NCBI GenBank assembly: GCA_028285365.1
Contig: JANQPS010001117.1
Span: forward strand, 1-48,579
From: Thermoanaerobaculia bacterium
Lineage (GTDB): Bacteria > Acidobacteriota > Thermoanaerobaculia > Multivoradales > Multivoraceae
Length of the DNA: 48,579 bases
Direction: 5' to 3'
Shown here: in pieces, positions 1 to 9,287 of the stretch
Numbering within the stretch: the first letter of the stretch is position 1
Layout: every line of letters begins with the position of its first letter
Notes under the pieces: model-generated
The model's database searches: none
Told to the model about the DNA's origin: nothing
What the model saw: only the letters and a program-made list of their open reading frames with translations
Translations under genes and position numbers: made by a program

Positions 1-1859
1 TGATCGAGATCTGGACCGACGTCGACGGCGTACTGAGCGCCGACCCGCGCCTCGTCCCCGAGGCTCACTCGATTCCGAGCTTGAGCTTCGAAGAGCTCCT
101 GGAGCTCTCGCACTTCGGTGCCAAGGTGGTCTATCCGCCCACCATTCAACCGGCTCGTCGAGCTCGAGTGCCTCTGGTCATCCGCAACACCTTGAACCCC
201 GAGTTTCCCGGTACCGTCATCGACGAGACCTCGAGTCGGCCTGATCCTCAACACCCCGTTACCGGGGTCACCTCGATTTGTGACGTCACCCTGCTTCGAA
301 TCGAGGGCGCGGGAATGCTCGGCGTTCCGGGAACCGCAAAACGGCTGTTCGGCGCCCTCGCTCGTCACGACATCAGCGTCATCTTGATCTCCCAGGCTTC
401 GAGTGAGCACTCGATCTGCTTCGCCGTGGAACCGGGTTCCGTCGAGATCGCCAAGTCGGCAATCGACGACGAGTTTGCGGTCGAGCAAAGCCAAGGAAGC
501 CTCTCCGATCTCGTCATCGAGCCCGGCCAGTGCGTGTTGGCAACCGTTGGAGAAGGCATGCGCGAACGGCCGGGAATCGCGGCGCGCCTGTTCCAGATCC
601 TTGGTCGACGCGCGATCAACGTCAGGGCGATCGCGCAAGGTTCTTCCGAGCTCAACATTTCCGTGGTGCTCGACGGCGACGACGAACAGCGTGCGCTGAG
701 GGCCATTCATGACGCCATGTTCCGTGACGAAGGCGAGACCCTCAGGATCGTCGTTGCAGGTGTCGGCGGAGTGGGCGGCACCCTGCTCGAGCAGATCGAG
801 GCCGTCAGGGATCGGTTGCCCCACCTCGAGGTGTGTGGGGTTCTCGATTCGAAGCGACAGGTCTTGAGTGAACATCACCTGGACCATCCCACAAGAGCCG
901 GTGTCGCCGACTGGAAGACATGGCTCGAGGAGCACGGCGAGCCCAACGACCCCGACGAGCTCCTGGCGTGGCTCAGCGAGCACACGGGCGCCAGGGCCTT
1001 CGTCGACTGCACGTCGAGCTCCGCTCTGACTCGGCTCTATGAGCCGCTGCTCGCCAACGGCATCAGCGTCGTCGCCGCCAACAAGCTCGCGTTCTCGAGC
1101 TCTCTCGCCGACTATCGCCAGATCTTCGCTGCACGGCGCTCGGCACACCGGGGCCTCTACTACGAAACCACCGTGGGCGCGGGCCTCCCGGTGCTGCATA
1201 CGCTGCGCTCCCTGATCGAGTCCGGGGACAAGGTCCTCAAGATCGAAGGGCTCTTATCGGGGACCCTCAGCTTCGTTCTCGATTGCCTCCGCCAAGGCGA
1301 ACCGCTCAGCCAGGTGGTTCGCAAGGCCTTCGACGAAGGGTTCACCGAGCCCGATCCGCGCGAGGACCTCTCCGGCAACGACGTCGGCCGGAAGCTCCTG
1401 ATCCTGGCGCGCGAGAGCGGGCTCGATCTGGAACCTGCCGACGTCGCGATCGAGCCTCTGGTGAGAGTTGGCCACTCCGATGCGACGCTGGACGAATTCT
1501 GGAATCTCCTGCCCTCGAGTGACTCCGCTTTCGCAGAGAAGCTGAACGCCGCCGCAAGCCGACAGACGACTCTCGCCTATCTCGCGACGCTCGATCAGGA
1601 AGGGGCGAGAGTTGCGCTCGAAGACGTTCCACTCGACCACCCCGCCGCCACGGTACGCGGCACCGACAACCTCATCGTCGTCACGAGTGAACGCTATCCA
1701 GACGGCCTGGTGATCCGAGGCCCGGGCGCAGGCAAGGACGTCACGGCCGCCGGCGTGCTCGCCGATCTCATCCGCGCTCATTCCGAGAACTCTCTTCGCT
1801 CGTCGTTTGCGCTGCCCGAGATCGCTCGCTCCACTTCGCCAGGAGGAGGCTCGGATTGA
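1..1859 (+). CDS. thrA: bifunctional aspartokinase / homoserine dehydrogenase (5' partial, runs off window start)
   Basis: Frame 3 is open from the window edge (IEIWTDVDGVLSADPRLVPEA, an aspartokinase C-lobe motif) into ORF 81..1859. ACT-like regulatory segments are followed by a Rossmann motif VAGVGGVGGTLLEQI and a homoserine dehydrogenase catalytic region (GLYYETTVGAGLPV). It is directly followed by thrB and thrC. Confidence 0.9.
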   Translation, partial: IEIWTDVDGVLSADPRLVPEAHSIPSLSFEELLELSHFGAKVVYPPTIQPARRARVPLVIRNTLNPEFPGTVIDETSSRPDPQHPVTGVTSICDVTLLRIEGAGMLGVPGTAKRLFGALARHDISVILISQASSEHSICFAVEPGSVEIAKSAIDDEFAVEQSQGSLSDLVIEPGQCVLATVGEGMRERPGIAARLFQILGRRAINVRAIAQGSSELNISVVLDGDDEQRALRAIHDAMFRDEGETLRIVVAGVGGVGGTLLEQIEAVRDRLPHLEVCGVLDSKRQVLSEHHLDHPTRAGVADWKTWLEEHGEPNDPDELLAWLSEHTGARAFVDCTSSSALTRLYEPLLANGISVVAANKLAFSSSLADYRQIFAARRSAHRGLYYETTVGAGLPVLHTLRSLIESGDKVLKIEGLLSGTLSFVLDCLRQGEPLSQVVRKAFDEGFTEPDPREDLSGNDVGRKLLILARESGLDLEPADVAIEPLVRVGHSDATLDEFWNLLPSSDSAFAEKLNAAASRQTTLAYLATLDQEGARVALEDVPLDHPAATVRGTDNLIVVTSERYPDGLVIRGPGAGKDVTAAGVLADLIRAHSENSLRSSFALPEIARSTSPGGGSD

Positions 1860-2833
1860 GCTTTGAGGTTTCAGTCTTCGCACCGGCGTCCGTGTCCAAC
1901 GTGGCCTGTGGATTCGACGTATTCGGCTTCGCCATCTCCGGCCTCGGGGATCTCGTGCGAGTCCGTCGCTCGAGCGACTCGGGCCCCTCTCTCGTCATCT
2001 CCGACGTCACCGGCGACGACGGTCTGCTACCGCGCGAGCCAGACCGCAACACGGCGGGGCGCGCCGCGGCAGCAGCCATGAAGGCGCTTGGAATCGACTT
2101 CGGGATCGAGCTCGAGATTCACAAGCAGATGCCCATCTCGAGCGGCCTAGGCTCCAGTGCGGCCAGCGCGGCCGGCGCCGCCGCGGCGGTCGCGATCCTC
2201 GCCCGCAACGAGAGCGAAAAATCCATCGACCGATGCCAGCTCATCAACAGTGCGCTCGACGGTGAACAGCTCGCGAGCGGAGGGCGACACGCCGACAACG
2301 TCGCGCCGTCCCTTCTAGGCGGCTTCGTGCTGGTCCGGAGCCTCGACCCCGTACCCGATGTCATCGAGATACACCCTCCTTCGTGGCTCTCTTGTGCACT
2401 GATCCTCCCGGACCTCAGTATCGATACGCGGGGTGCCCGCGAGCGACTCGGCGACACCGTGAGTCTGTCTAGCGCGATCAAACAGTGGGCGAACACCGCA
2501 ACTCTGTCGTTGGCGCTCGAGCGAGGCGACGCCGACATGGCTCGGCGAGCTCTCGTCGATCACATCGCGGAGCCGGTTCGCAAGGACTCGGTGCCAGGCT
2601 TCGAGGATGTCCAGAAGGCCGCTCTGAGCGCTGGCGCCCTGGGATGTTCTCTGTCTGGTAGCGGTCCGGCATTGTTTGCGCTGTGCCGAGACGAGACCGA
2701 GGATCTCTCCGAAACCAAGAGTGTCGCGACTGCCATGAGTGAAGCACTCCTGCGTGGAGGAGGCTGCGACAGCCGACCGCTGGCGACTCGAGTGGCCACC
2801 CGGGGCGCCGCGGTCGACCTCGACCTGAGCTAG
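1856..2833 (+). CDS. thrB: homoserine kinase
   Basis: GHMP-kinase ATP motif PISSGLGSSAASAAGAAAA. The TTG start overlaps the thrA stop (TTGA), with GGAGGAGG 6 nt upstream. It sits between thrA and thrC. Confidence 0.9.
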   Translation: MSFEVSVFAPASVSNVACGFDVFGFAISGLGDLVRVRRSSDSGPSLVISDVTGDDGLLPREPDRNTAGRAAAAAMKALGIDFGIELEIHKQMPISSGLGSSAASAAGAAAAVAILARNESEKSIDRCQLINSALDGEQLASGGRHADNVAPSLLGGFVLVRSLDPVPDVIEIHPPSWLSCALILPDLSIDTRGARERLGDTVSLSSAIKQWANTATLSLALERGDADMARRALVDHIAEPVRKDSVPGFEDVQKAALSAGALGCSLSGSGPALFALCRDETEDLSETKSVATAMSEALLRGGGCDSRPLATRVATRGAAVDLDLS

Positions 2834-2841
2834 GAGCAGCC

Positions 2842-4206
2842 ATGCTGTTCACGAGCACCACTGGGAAGAGTCCCGCAGCGACCTTGTCCGAGGCACTTTT
2901 TGCAGGCCTGGCCCCTGACGGCGGTCTCTACCAACCCGAGCGGCTCGATCCCTTTACCGAAGACGAGGTTGCCGATCTCGTTTCGGCACCCCTCTCGACC
3001 AGCGGGCCGCGAGTCATGAAACGACTTCTCGGCGATGCACTCGAGCTCTCGGCCATTCGCGAGATCGTCAACGACGCCCTCGACTTCGAGATCCCCCTTC
3101 GTGAGATCGAGCCAGAGATCGGCTCCCTCGAACTGTTCTGGGGCCCGACGCTGGCCTTCAAGGACGTGGGCGCACGCTTCATGGCCAGGCTCATGGCAAG
3201 GCTGCTGCCGAGCGCAGGTCTCGACGGACGCAAACTGACCATTCTCGTGGCGACGAGCGGCGATACCGGGAGCGCGGTGGCTCACGCATTCTGGCGCCTA
3301 CCCGAGTTCCGGGTGGTCGTGCTGTTCCCGAGAGGCCATGTGTCCGAAGCTCAACAGAAACTCTTCTCGACCCTCGGCGACAACGTCCACGCGGTGGCCG
3401 TCGACGGCGTCTTCGACGATTGCCAGCGCCTCGTCAAGGCGGCGTTTGCCGATCATGACCTTCGCGAGCGCCGGCCTCTCGCCTCGGCCAACTCCATCAA
3501 CATCGGTCGACTCCTCCCGCAGTCGCTCTACTACTTCCACCTCTGTCATCTCCACGAGCGCGCAGCCAACGAGCGCTCGGAGGCTTCCCGGCCGCTCTGG
3601 GTCGCAACTCCAAGTGGCAACTTCGGGAATCTCACCGCAGGACTGATCGCCAAGCGCCTTGGCGCGCCCATCGCTCGATTCATCGCGGCCACCAACGTCA
3701 ACGACATCGTACCCACGTACCTGCAGACCGGCGACTTCGCACCACGAGCGTCGACCGCGACCCTCTCCAACGCCATGGACGTCGGGAACCCGAGCAACTT
3801 TCATCGGATGCTCGCGCTCTACGACGAAGACCTGGGGCGAATGCAGGCCGACATCGACGGTGCGCGCTTCACAGACGAAGACACCGTGGCGGCAATGCGT
3901 ACCGTTCACGAGAAGACCGGAATCGTTCTCGACCCGCACGCGGCCGTTGGTTGGCTCGGGATCTCCGGCGCCCTGCGTCAGCATCGCCAGGCGCACGGTT
4001 CTGATTCCGACCAGTCGCCCGTTGGGGCATTTCTTGCAACGGCCCATCCCGCCAAGTTCGCCGACGTCGTCGAAGACGCGATCGGCACCTCCATCGAGCT
4101 GCCGGAGGCGATCCGCAGCTGTCTCGCTCTACCAGAGTCCGTGACGACCATCGACCCCTCGAACGAGGCGCTCGCCGAGTTCCTCGCGGGGCTGCCGCAA
4201 TCCTGA
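2842..4206 (+). CDS. thrC: threonine synthase
   Basis: PLP-lysine motif PTLAFKDVGARF and SGDTGSA. The ATG is preceded by AGGAG at -6. The length (454 aa) and operon context fit. Confidence 0.93.
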   Translation: MLFTSTTGKSPAATLSEALFAGLAPDGGLYQPERLDPFTEDEVADLVSAPLSTSGPRVMKRLLGDALELSAIREIVNDALDFEIPLREIEPEIGSLELFWGPTLAFKDVGARFMARLMARLLPSAGLDGRKLTILVATSGDTGSAVAHAFWRLPEFRVVVLFPRGHVSEAQQKLFSTLGDNVHAVAVDGVFDDCQRLVKAAFADHDLRERRPLASANSINIGRLLPQSLYYFHLCHLHERAANERSEASRPLWVATPSGNFGNLTAGLIAKRLGAPIARFIAATNVNDIVPTYLQTGDFAPRASTATLSNAMDVGNPSNFHRMLALYDEDLGRMQADIDGARFTDEDTVAAMRTVHEKTGIVLDPHAAVGWLGISGALRQHRQAHGSDSDQSPVGAFLATAHPAKFADVVEDAIGTSIELPEAIRSCLALPESVTTIDPSNEALAEFLAGLPQS

Positions 4207-4266
4207 TTCAGTGTCCTGATCCAGAGCCCTGATCGAGGGTCCTGATCAGACCGTCCTGACCGAGCC
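4201..4266. repeat. five tandem 13-14 nt units, each containing CCTGA(T/C)C
   Basis: Direct reading: tcctgattcagtg / tcctgatccagag / ccctgatcgaggg / tcctgatcagaccg / tcctgaccgagcc. The first unit includes the thrC TGA stop. Confidence 0.8.
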
Positions 4267-4281
4267 GCGGGCCGACAGTCG

Positions 4282-5472
4282 TCAGCCCACGGCGAGGCGC
4301 CACGCCAGGCGGGTGGCTGAAGGCACTGCAGCTCGCCACGGTCTGGCAGCGCGCACGTGCAGCGCGATCAGTCCGTCGAACAGCCGCTCGTCTTGCTGCA
4401 GAGCCACCAGCGCCCGCCGTCGCAGCCGGCGAGACCTGGACATCAGAAGGACGAGGCGCGTGATGGCATCGGGAACCAATCGGTCTCGTCGCCAAGCCCT
4501 GGCGTAGGGCCTCAGGCTGTCTCGATGGAGGCTCTCAGCGAGTGCCTCGGCTTGATGAAAGCTCAAGGCGAGGCCCTCGCCGGTGATCGCATCCACGTAT
4601 CCGGCGGCATCACCCACGAGTGCCAGTCGCCCCGTGACCGGTCGCCTCACCTTTTGCAGAAACGGTCCCGCGCCCGCAGGGCGACTCGTAGGAGTGGCAT
4701 CCTCGAGCCAGGCTCGCAACCTCGGAAAGTGACCGAGCAACTCGGCAAAACGGGGCCTGAGCCCGTGACGACGATCGCACAGCAAGGCGACACCCACTTC
4801 CCGCTCCCCGATCGGGGTCACGTAGGCCTCACAGCCGTCAGACCAGTGCACCTCGACTCGGCTTGGAACCCGCTGGACCCGAAAGTGTTGTCGGACACCG
4901 TAGCGTTCGCCGGTACGGCGCTTCGCGAGCCCCGCCCAGGACCGGACCCGAGAATGAAGTCCGTCAGCCCCAACCACCCAGCGTCCTCGAACGATCTCTT
5001 CAGCGCCATCTTCTCGATCGCGAACCGCTTGGCAGCGGACCCAGGCATCGGTCTTGGAGGTACCTAGTCGCGTGACGCGTCTGCCGAACTCGACTCGGGC
5101 TCCGAGCTCGAGCGCGCGCTCGGTGAGGCATTCGTGGAGCTGCGTCCGGCGAAGGCCTAGACCGGCTCTCACGGGAAACTCCGAAGACGCATCGACGTCG
5201 TAGGTCTCGTCGAGATACCGAATCCCAGACAACGGGTGCCCGCTACGCAGTCGCACCCCCCAGCACTCGAGCTGCTCGACGGCATCCGGCATCAGGCCCT
5301 CGCCACACGCCTTGTCGGCTCCTGGCGACCTGGCGTCGACGACTCGGACGCTCAAGCCGCGTAGCGAGCAGGCGATCGCCGCAGCCAGACCCGCCGGACC
5401 GCCACCGACCACGACGACGTCGACCGTCGACCTCGCCGCTGCGTCCCTGGACCGCCGGTCGTGTTGGCTCAC
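4282..5472 (-). CDS. FAD-dependent oxidoreductase / monooxygenase (last gene of the type III PKS operon)
   Basis: N-terminal dinucleotide fold VVVVGGGPAGLAAAIA and a second FAD motif LVGDAAGYVDAITGEGL. The GTG start overlaps the stop of the upstream ligase gene (GTGA). Confidence 0.8.
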   Translation of the reverse strand: MSQHDRRSRDAAARSTVDVVVVGGGPAGLAAAIACSLRGLSVRVVDARSPGADKACGEGLMPDAVEQLECWGVRLRSGHPLSGIRYLDETYDVDASSEFPVRAGLGLRRTQLHECLTERALELGARVEFGRRVTRLGTSKTDAWVRCQAVRDREDGAEEIVRGRWVVGADGLHSRVRSWAGLAKRRTGERYGVRQHFRVQRVPSRVEVHWSDGCEAYVTPIGEREVGVALLCDRRHGLRPRFAELLGHFPRLRAWLEDATPTSRPAGAGPFLQKVRRPVTGRLALVGDAAGYVDAITGEGLALSFHQAEALAESLHRDSLRPYARAWRRDRLVPDAITRLVLLMSRSRRLRRRALVALQQDERLFDGLIALHVRAARPWRAAVPSATRLAWRLAVG

Positions 5473-7286
5473 GAGCTCTCGCTCCCCATCGACCCATCGA
5501 TCCGCGTATCAGACGACACACCCTTCGCACCATCCAACGACGCCGTCGGTGCACCTCGTTGCGCAGACGATGGTCTTCCGAAGAGCTCCCGGGCCTCGGA
5601 TCGACGAAGTTTCCCCGAAGAGGTTCGAGGCAACGATCCGGCCTCGAGAAACCGCACGTGATCGACTCGCAGGCCGGTCGCCACCAGCACCGCCTGGCGA
5701 CAGATCTCCGCGACACCTGCGTCAGGGCACGCGTTGGCATGGAGCTCCGCAAGGACGATCAGCTCCTCACGCTCACCGTCCTCGAGCAACAGCGACGTTG
5801 CGGCCACGCCGCCGGTACGCACGAAGTCCAGTGCTTCCACCGCGGCCTCGATCGGCTCGGCCGCCCAGTTCGCGCCGCTGAGCACGATCATGTCCTTGTC
5901 GCGGCCAACGATCCACAGTTCTTCATCCCAGACGAAACCACGGTCGCCGGTGTCGAGCCAGCCGTCCCGGAGAACCTCGCGGTCCAGATCGGGTCGTTCG
6001 AAGTAGCCGTTCATCAGCGACGGCCCGCGCGCCCAAACCTGGCCCACCTCACCCCACGCTGCGGCAGCCCCCGAATCGTCTCGAATCTCTACGGCAAACC
6101 CCGACACCGGACGACCCACACTGACCAACGTCCTCGTCGATCGGCGATCCTCCGTCACGACTCGACCTCGAGCGAGCTCGTCCCCACAGAAGGCCTGCGA
6201 CCGGGGCACGCGCTCGAGATCGGAGAAGGTGACCGCCAATGCCGCCTCGGCGAGGCCATACACCGGGGTCATGGCTCGTGCCGAGAAGCCCCATGGCGCG
6301 AAGCGCTCACTGAAAGCCTCGATGACTGCCGGAGCCACACACTCGGCGCCGTTGAGGGCGGTCGTCCAACGACTGAGGTCCACATCCTCGAGCTGATCGT
6401 CTGTGATGTGACGAACGCAGTGAGAGAAGGCAAAGCTCGGCGCCGGCGACACGGTCGCACCGTAACGGGCTATGGTTCGCAGCCACGCTCCGGGTCGAGC
6501 AACGAAGTACTCTGGTGGCAATAGCGTCAGGTTGGCGGCACGCAGTAGAGCCGGCCACACGCAGCCGATCAGACCCATGTCGTGGTAGAGCGGCAACCAG
6601 CTGACGCCTGACTGTTCCTGGTCCGGCGCATCCGGCCAGAAGCCCGAGAGGATTTGCGCTTGCTGCATCAGCGCGTCGTGCGAAAGCGCCACCGGCTTGG
6701 GGTCGCCCGTCGAGCCCGACGAGAACTGGATCAGTCCGAGCCCTCGAGGGTCGACTCGTTCGCGGTCCAAGCGAAGACCGGTAGGTGACGAGGTGCTGAG
6801 CACGTCGAGCGCAGCGAGACCGAGACCGGGACGAGCCCCCGCTGCAACGCTCGACAGGAGCGACTTCATGACTCCTTCGACCAAGATCAGGCGTGCCCCG
6901 ACCGCCGTCACGAGGACCGCCATGCGCTTCGCATCGTCACCACGCGCCGCCAGGCGACCTGGGGGATAGAGAGGAACGGGAACGGCGCCCAGCACCTGAC
7001 AGGCGAACAGCGCGCGGAAGAAGTCGTAGCCCGTTCGATAGACCAGAGCCACACGGTCCCCTGGCTCGACGCCGACACTCGCAAGGTTGGCCGCGTCCAC
7101 TTCTACGTCTTCGGCCAGACGAGCCCAGCTGTAAAAGGTCGCACGTTCGCGACGATCGATGAAGCGGACTCCATGGGTTTGCGCCCGGGCGCCCCTGCCT
7201 GCCTGCTCGAGCGCCTCCCCCGCAGTGGCCGGAAGCTCTCCCCGCACCGGCTCCACGTCGTGGCGCGCTTCGAGACGCGCGATCAC
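5469..7286 (-). CDS. fatty acyl-AMP ligase / AMP-dependent synthetase
   Basis: Adenylation core motifs FSSGSTGDPKPV, YGLAEA, TGDRG and SSGKLRR. The preferred start is GTG at 7286, which overlaps the ACP stop (GTGA). The ORF-track extension up to 7517 would overlap the ACP gene and is Arg-rich. Confidence 0.8.
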   Translation of the reverse strand: MIARLEARHDVEPVRGELPATAGEALEQAGRGARAQTHGVRFIDRRERATFYSWARLAEDVEVDAANLASVGVEPGDRVALVYRTGYDFFRALFACQVLGAVPVPLYPPGRLAARGDDAKRMAVLVTAVGARLILVEGVMKSLLSSVAAGARPGLGLAALDVLSTSSPTGLRLDRERVDPRGLGLIQFSSGSTGDPKPVALSHDALMQQAQILSGFWPDAPDQEQSGVSWLPLYHDMGLIGCVWPALLRAANLTLLPPEYFVARPGAWLRTIARYGATVSPAPSFAFSHCVRHITDDQLEDVDLSRWTTALNGAECVAPAVIEAFSERFAPWGFSARAMTPVYGLAEAALAVTFSDLERVPRSQAFCGDELARGRVVTEDRRSTRTLVSVGRPVSGFAVEIRDDSGAAAAWGEVGQVWARGPSLMNGYFERPDLDREVLRDGWLDTGDRGFVWDEELWIVGRDKDMIVLSGANWAAEPIEAAVEALDFVRTGGVAATSLLLEDGEREELIVLAELHANACPDAGVAEICRQAVLVATGLRVDHVRFLEAGSLPRTSSGKLRRSEARELFGRPSSAQRGAPTASLDGAKGVSSDTRIDGSMGSESS

Positions 7287-7594
7287 TCGACTCCTCGCTC
7301 TGCCGGCTGATCCGACCCGCCATGAGAACCGTCGTCGGCAGAGAGCTTCTCCTCGATGACCGCAACCAGCTCGGCCACGGTGCCAACCGATCCGATCCTC
7401 TGCTCGTCGGCGGGCTCGAGAATGATCTCGAAGTGATCTTCGATCGCGACGGCGAGGGTCATCATCTTGAGCGAGTCCAGGCCCAGGTCCTCTACGAGTT
7501 TCACACTGGGCGACCACGTCGCAGCATCCTCTGCGATGTCGATTTCCTCGTTCGCAAGACGCTCTAGCCGAGAGATAACCGTCGAGCCATTCAT
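7283..7594 (-). CDS. stand-alone acyl carrier protein
   Basis: 103-aa product with the phosphopantetheine attachment motif EDLGLDSL (Ser41). The ATG at 7594 overlaps the stop of the upstream methyltransferase (ATGA). The longer ORF 7283..8008 is a read-through artefact. Confidence 0.85.
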   Translation of the reverse strand: MNGSTVISRLERLANEEIDIAEDAATWSPSVKLVEDLGLDSLKMMTLAVAIEDHFEIILEPADEQRIGSVGTVAELVAVIEEKLSADDGSHGGSDQPAERGVE

Positions 7595-8169
7595 GGCCTG
7601 CTCGCGGAACCGAATGTCTGCGAATAGTTCGTGTGCTCCCTGAGACCTCGCTCCTCTGCCCTGATCCTCACGAAAAGCATGGCCGCGTTGAGCAAGGAGA
7701 ACAACACAGCCGTTCGCCAGGCACCTCCAACCAGCGGGAGGGCTGCCATCTCGATGACCACGGCGACGTAGTTGGGGTGTCTTACGAAACGATACGGACC
7801 GCCAGTGATGACAGCCTCGCCAGGTAGGCAGAGGACCCTCGTCGTCCAGCGCTCTCCGAGGGTGGTCACCGCCCAGTAGCGAATCGCCATGCTCACGCTC
7901 AAGGCCGCCGTGGCTGCACCACACACCCAGAGCGAGACGACTGGCCGCACGATCAGCACCTCGAGGAGGGTGCAGACCAAAAACGAGCTGTGCATGAAGA
8001 CCATCCACGGATAGTGCTCAGCACCAACCTCGAACGCACCCCTGGCCTTGAGCCTCGTGGTGTTGCGCTTCGAGAGCCGGAGCTCGTAGAGACGCTCGAG
8101 CGCAACCACCGCCAACACGATCCAGAAGATCAGCTCCGGGAGACTCTGATTCGAGGCCGTCGAGCTCAT
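7591..8169 (-). CDS. isoprenylcysteine carboxyl methyltransferase (ICMT)-family membrane methyltransferase
   Basis: Multi-pass hydrophobic protein with the C-terminal ICMT/PEMT signature GPYRFVRHPNYVAVVIE...RIRAEE. It occupies the same position as SrsB/FtpB-type methyltransferases next to bacterial type III PKSs. Confidence 0.8.
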   Translation of the reverse strand: MSSTASNQSLPELIFWIVLAVVALERLYELRLSKRNTTRLKARGAFEVGAEHYPWMVFMHSSFLVCTLLEVLIVRPVVSLWVCGAATAALSVSMAIRYWAVTTLGERWTTRVLCLPGEAVITGGPYRFVRHPNYVAVVIEMAALPLVGGAWRTAVLFSLLNAAMLFVRIRAEERGLREHTNYSQTFGSASRP

Positions 8170-8184
8170 GCCGCTGTCATGCCT

Positions 8185-9252
8185 CTACCATCTCAGCAAG
8201 ACGAGCTCGCTGCAAAAGCCCGGCCCCATCGCGAGCAACATGCCCCAACTGTCTGGTGTAGGACGGTGCTGGCGCATCGTCTCCTCCAGTACCAAGAGCA
8301 CCGATGTCGAGGACAGATTCCCAACCTCTCGAAGTGATCGCCACGTGACGTCCAGCGAATCAGCTTCGAGATCCAGGGCGCTGCTCATCGCTTCGAGCAC
8401 CTTGGGCCCTCCAGGATGGCAGACCCAGCTCGAAATCGACGACCGCAACAGCCCGTGGTCGGCCAAGAAGCGATCGACGTCAGCCCCCAGGTTCTCCTGT
8501 ACGACCTTCGGAACGTCTGCGGAAAGGACCACGGTGAAACCATCCTGGCCGATTCGCCAGCCCATGACGTCTTCGCTGTCGGGATAGAAGACCGAGCGTG
8601 TGGCGATGATCTCGGGCCCCGCAAGGTCGTCCTGTCGTGACGCGGAAGCCTCTGAGCCACCGAGTACGACTGCTGCCGCACCATCTCCAAATAGCCCTGT
8701 GGCGATCAGGTTGGGGATCGAGAGATCACTTCGCTGGACCGTCAGGGAACAGAGCTCGACGGACAAGAGAACCGCAAGCTCGTCCGGGTAGGCCTTGACG
8801 TAATCGGCTGCTCGCGCGACGCCCGCCGCGCCCGCGACACAACCAAGGCCGAAGAGCGGATAGCGCTTGGTCTTCGACGACAGATCGACACGGTTCATCA
8901 GGCGAGCGTCGAGGGAAGGCACTGCGAGCCCGGTGACGCTGACGAAGAAGAGGGCGCCAACTTCCTGTGGTCCGACACCTGCGTCGTCGAGAGCCCGCCG
9001 AAGTGATTGCTCGCCGACCTCGAGTCCAACCTCGATCCAGGCATCGTTCGACTTCCCGAAGTCATCGAGCTCGTCGTACCGTTCGATCGGCAGAGCAAGG
9101 TGGCGCCCACCAACCAACACGTTCTCGTGCAGGCGACGCAGCCGGTCGGGGTTGTGATGCTTCTGCGACCACTCTTCCTGGAGGCGAGCCAAGATCGCTT
9201 CTTGGGGATAGTAGTTCCCGGGTAGAGCAGAGCCGATTCCCAATACTCTCAC
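8185..9252 (-). CDS. type III polyketide synthase (chalcone synthase superfamily)
   Basis: The Cys-His-Asn triad sits in canonical contexts: LFGLGC(138)VAGAAG, WVCH(279)PGGPKVLE and GN(312)LSSTSVLLVL. C-terminal GPGF loop. 355 aa. Confidence 0.9.
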   Translation of the reverse strand: MRVLGIGSALPGNYYPQEAILARLQEEWSQKHHNPDRLRRLHENVLVGGRHLALPIERYDELDDFGKSNDAWIEVGLEVGEQSLRRALDDAGVGPQEVGALFFVSVTGLAVPSLDARLMNRVDLSSKTKRYPLFGLGCVAGAAGVARAADYVKAYPDELAVLLSVELCSLTVQRSDLSIPNLIATGLFGDGAAAVVLGGSEASASRQDDLAGPEIIATRSVFYPDSEDVMGWRIGQDGFTVVLSADVPKVVQENLGADVDRFLADHGLLRSSISSWVCHPGGPKVLEAMSSALDLEADSLDVTWRSLREVGNLSSTSVLLVLEETMRQHRPTPDSWGMLLAMGPGFCSELVLLRW

Positions 9253-9287
9253 GGAGTGACGCTTCCTGAGCTCGTCATCACTCCAGC

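Noticed and set aside
7287-7517. N-terminal 77-codon extension of the acyl-AMP ligase ORF
   Set aside because: It would overlap most of the ACP gene in another frame and is Arg/Gly-rich. A GTG at 7286 gives the same 4-nt start/stop coupling seen at the other operon junctions.
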